A stretch of DNA of 64,000 bases from Dipteris shenzhenensis. Taxonomy: Eukaryota. Position numbers and translations under genes: made by a program. Shown here piece by piece: positions 61,601 to 64,000 of the stretch. Location: the NCBI GenBank assembly GCA_047967505.1, contig CM106538.1; one strand, 5' to 3'. Below the pieces are notes generated by a model. That model had not been told where the DNA came from. It worked only from the letters and a program-made list of their open reading frames with translations, and did not search any database. Positions within the stretch are counted from its first letter, which is position 1. Each line of letters starts with the position of its first letter.

Positions 61601-63036
61601 AAGGCCTCCAACATCTCATCCGAGGTGAGAGGCGCCAACAACGTCGCCTGCATGCTAGGCTGGACCAGGGATGGAATGTGCCTCCACACCTCCTCACGGG
61701 CACGACTGGCACGAGGGGCAAGCGGCTCCTGCTGGAAGAGGGTCCTGTAAAAGTCCGTGGCCAACCCCAGGACCTCCCCTGGATCCGTAACGATGTGACC
61801 CTCCGCTGTCCTGAGACTCCGAAGCTGATCACCTGCAGCTCTCTGGCCATGCGTCCTAAAGAACTCCCTGCACATCCGGTCACCCTTTCGGGCCCAAAAG
61901 GAGCGAGAGGCGTGAAAGGAAAACTCGGAACGACGCTGGAATGTCTCCTCCAGGAGGGCTCTGGCTCGAAGGGCCTGGATCCGCAGCTCCTCCGAACCCG
62001 GGGAAGCCTGCTGGAGTCGCTGAATGGAGGCGAGGTCCCTCCGAAGAGCTCTCTCTCTGCCCCACCAATCCTGTCGAACCTGTAAAGCTGCGAGCTGGCA
62101 GATCTGGCTAGACTCCTGCAGAGCCTGTGCGACTGAGTCTACCAGATCCACGCCCTCCCCCCAATCTCTGTCCCAAAGACTGCATATGCTGCTGCGCACG
62201 TCCACCCTCGAGAAGATGGAGTCGGGAATCCTGCATGATCGGGAGGGGAGGGTCTGGGCTGCCGAATCTAAGGAAAGGAGCACAGGCGCATGATCGGAGA
62301 GTGTCGTCCCTGGAACTATACCCGCCTGGCCGCCTCTGCTGATGGCCCAGTCACTGACATAAAATCTATCAAGCCTCTCCAGGAGTCTGCCTCCTTCCCT
62401 GCGGAAGCCCCAAGAGAAGTCCAGGCTCCCGTGCCAACGCCGGAAGGACGGGTCTCTCCAACTGTCCCTCCCTCCCGTCTCGAAGATGAAAGAGTCCCAA
62501 GCTGACTGCTCTGCCTGGGCCATACCTGTGAACTCCGGGCCTCTGCCCTGCTGGTCCTCCAGGGTCTCCAGGTTGTTGAAGTCTCCTCCAACAATCCAGG
62601 AATCCATGTCTGGAAGAATCCCTGTAAGTGTCCTCCAGAAGGTGGCTCTGCAACGGAGGTCTGTGGGGGCATAAATGTTGAGGATGCCTATTTTGGATCC
62701 CTCCAAGTCCAGGCCTACCCAAAGGGCTCGGCCAGGAATCAACGTGCCGTGACCAAAAACTCCCTGGGCTAACTGCTCGCACACGGAAGTACAGACACCC
62801 CCACTCCTCCCCTGAGCGCCGATCGAGGGCTCCCAATAAGTGTAGGACCGTCCAGGGAGAATCTTCCCGCAGCTACGGGAATGAGCCACAGAAAGCTTGT
62901 GCTCCTGGAGCAGAAGTACATCCAAACGACCAATCACTGCAGGCTGAAGTTCCTGCCGCAAAATGAGCTTCCTGGGACCACGGGTGCCAGAGGAGTGAAA
63001 CCCGTTCACATTCCAGGATACGAGGTGTAAGCTCAT
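58645..63036 (-). CDS. LINE ORF2p: AP-like endonuclease, reverse transcriptase, zf-RVT
   Basis: 1463 aa open; SWNVNG, LQEHK, GGDFN, SDH; WRPITLL, DFEKAYD, RQGCPLAP, YADD (60871-60882); CQIC...HCLWSC. Confidence 0.97.
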   Translation of the reverse strand: MSLHLVSWNVNGFHSSGTRGPRKLILRQELQPAVIGRLDVLLLQEHKLSVAHSRSCGKILPGRSYTYWEPSIGAQGRSGGVCTSVCEQLAQGVFGHGTLIPGRALWVGLDLEGSKIGILNIYAPTDLRCRATFWRTLTGILPDMDSWIVGGDFNNLETLEDQQGRGPEFTGMAQAEQSAWDSFIFETGGRDSWRDPSFRRWHGSLDFSWGFRREGGRLLERLDRFYVSDWAISRGGQAGIVPGTTLSDHAPVLLSLDSAAQTLPSRSCRIPDSIFSRVDVRSSICSLWDRDWGEGVDLVDSVAQALQESSQICQLAALQVRQDWWGRERALRRDLASIQRLQQASPGSEELRIQALRARALLEETFQRRSEFSFHASRSFWARKGDRMCREFFRTHGQRAAGDQLRSLRTAEGHIVTDPGEVLGLATDFYRTLFQQEPLAPRASRAREEVWRHIPSLVQPSMQATLLAPLTSDEMLEALMAIDGQKCPGEDGLSRAFFTSFWDQIHQPLLAALQGIFSSGRMPESLSSGLICLIPKGGDRQEIRQWRPITLLTSAYKILAKMISARVRPLLSDLVHDTQTGFVQDRSILDNVFTFSEAAEWAQHSGSHLAILLLDFEKAYDRVDWSFLEGTLERLGFPAGWIQGISALYRTASSRVIIGGRLGERFSLERSVRQGCPLAPYLFLFFAEAMTYYLRARSTGLRGIRLPLREDTELLDSEYADDTALYVQDDERMLERVRMALEVFCSAAGAKINWNKSVGFLTDPGACSQWGRFLGFRWIPRGQTARYLGFQVGLDITPAQQFLPVLDSIRRKLAFWSTAKLSLAGRALVVNQVLLATAWYVASCWCFSRSSVAQLRRLVRNFLWSGEDGHRDIRARVAWQTVILPQAEGGLGVIDPELQSQALLGKLVIRGLTPGGQTWKMLLQQGVGSCVPRRGGDWLPSFRWIFTSAPLTQPRSPLVRSLLMVWRRLRLSLIQSPPSCQEEIDRQPLIWNSQVRDAEGLQLGERSHIRWDGWMRGPARSLRVWRDTYRHLEMTDLADAAGGARGAQARRMEIDGAIPAAWLAPPEPQIIMPGDTRWLGQFTPRGIPLVVAGRLDDSSISFFAVSGEGRLRTEGALIDPLLPWQRVRVVGLLGKVWHTDPSIEQDQVQLWRLWLWEGRALAELDWDPGEWWWPEIVTGQGPTSFFAYSTTLGRRVLGRMQSRPPTQRPSWYAQGLSRFFLQAFWKALWESWRPRKISYFLWLLAHKGLPVGSWLRQIGQDGCCQICHADEETPKHCLWSCTRAQEVWRWTFGILTRAAPELGLITWGAFCWCSTAPGLHHFFEACQQDPTFLVTQGTWGPLEGIPQHLAEADTGVRERQPVWEIISSITGWHIWTSRCAQILGGTSLSTAQIMAEIWSEIIHTLRGQWDQIQGDSRAGQEKRRRFLRTWDTQGLFFEQTTQGLRWHYSPPRWLFVHTRFLPP

Positions 63037-63998
63037 GGAGAGGGAAGGGGGGCTGCGAACAACTGTCTGCTCGCGGTCGAAGTCGAAGAAGAACCAGACG
63101 TATCGGAATGGAGGCGCTGCCGCTTATGAGAAGGTTTGGAGGGGGAGACGGGGTCGTCCTGCCCGTTCTTCAACACCTTCAGCAAAGGCGAGAGGCCTTT
63201 GGTGCCATGAGCAAATGCTTTCTCGAGCCAGCTCGAGATCTCTGAAGAGGTCATCCCGTAGAAGGTTCGGAGTTTCTGCTGGGACCAAGCTCTGACATCC
63301 TGGGGGAGAGGCCATGACAGGGGAGGTCGGAGGATCACTATCAGTCGGAAGCGTTTGGCGGCGCAACGCCACCGCAAGCGCACGTCGCCCTCGGACCACT
63401 GAGTCTCGAGGAGCTGCCCACCGGACGGGCCTATCCAGGAACACACCTGGGCGTGCGTCTGCTCTCTGAGAGCCTCCCAAACCGAGTCGTCTGTCCAGGT
63501 CTCGGTGCCATCACTGAGGAACGTGAAAGCGAAGCTAGGGCCATCCCTGGGAGCCAAGGCACCAATCCTCCCATCCGCCCCTTTGCGGAGCAGGAAAATA
63601 CTGATGTCGAGACAAGCCGGGAAGGTCCCAAGGTCGGCCACATCCAGGTAGTCCCAGGGGCCAGATCTGTAGAAGTCTCGTGGAAGCTCTCTCTCATGGA
63701 GCTGAGACCCAACTGAGTCTACCACTGAGGGGCTAGCGGGAAGGGAAGCCTGCTCCACTGGTGGTGTAGACTCCGGGTGTCCTGCCAGCGAGGGGGGAGG
63801 GGGAGGAGGCTGAGGGATAGGCAGCTCTGACTCCACGGAGGCGACTGGCGGAGGAGGTGGAGGAGGTGGAGCGGGGGCTGCACACGGCTGGGAAGCCGGT
63901 GGTGCAGCTAACTCTGAGGGAGAGGCGAGGGGGACCAGGGGGGGGGGGGATGGGGGTGCAGCTGGAGCTGGGGCTGAGAGGGAGGAAGAGAAGACTGA
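63033..63998 (-). CDS. LINE ORF1p, C-terminal part (5'-partial)
   Basis: Frame stays open from the window edge to TGA 63035-63033, which overlaps the ORF2 ATG (ATGA). Confidence 0.85.
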   Translation of the reverse strand, partial: SVFSSSLSAPAPAAPPSPPPLVPLASPSELAAPPASQPCAAPAPPPPPPPPVASVESELPIPQPPPPPPSLAGHPESTPPVEQASLPASPSVVDSVGSQLHERELPRDFYRSGPWDYLDVADLGTFPACLDISIFLLRKGADGRIGALAPRDGPSFAFTFLSDGTETWTDDSVWEALREQTHAQVCSWIGPSGGQLLETQWSEGDVRLRWRCAAKRFRLIVILRPPLSWPLPQDVRAWSQQKLRTFYGMTSSEISSWLEKAFAHGTKGLSPLLKVLKNGQDDPVSPSKPSHKRQRLHSDTSGSSSTSTASRQLFAAPLPSP

Positions 63999-64000
63999 GG

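Larger units (their letters stand above)
58512..64000 (-). mobile_element. Young, apparently intact L1-clade LINE (5' end beyond window)
   Basis: T10 at 58512-58521 (poly-A tail), ~120-nt 3' UTR, uninterrupted ORF2 and ORF1. Confidence 0.95.

Noticed and set aside
58614-63716. Many plus-strand and alternate-frame ORFs over the intact LINE
   Set aside because: Expected shadow ORFs of GC-rich coding DNA; no motifs.

Overview
Repeat-rich eukaryotic nuclear DNA from a land plant; retroelement style and intron size suggest a fern-like large genome (inference only). The window is a nest of retroelements: a decayed minus-strand Athila-like Ty3/gypsy element (~1.7-10.9 kb), a copia gag scrap, an 8.8-kb Tat-type gypsy element with 2.07-kb near-identical LTRs, a second RNase H and no integrase (11885-20709), a 1.5-kb internally deleted chromovirus inside a dead LINE, several LINE/RTE/gypsy remnants, and an apparently intact L1-type LINE (ORF2 1463 aa, ATGA-coupled to ORF1) at the right end. 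One credible host gene starts here: two exons of a plastid-targeted phosphoglycerate-mutase-family protein (40369-41085) whose next exon is not found, implying an intron over 22.9 kb. Two host-gene scraps (LRR receptor kinase, polyphenol oxidase C-terminus) are also visible. The most unusual structure is a ~5-kb non-coding array (48.7-53.8 kb) of ~720-bp units. Each unit carries a ~390-bp palindrome made of nested palindromes, and the 6-nt central loop alternates between a sequence and its reverse complement from unit to unit; an inverted copy lies 2.3 kb downstream. All calls are by eye; family names are from recalled motifs, no searches were run, and boundaries of decayed elements are approximate.
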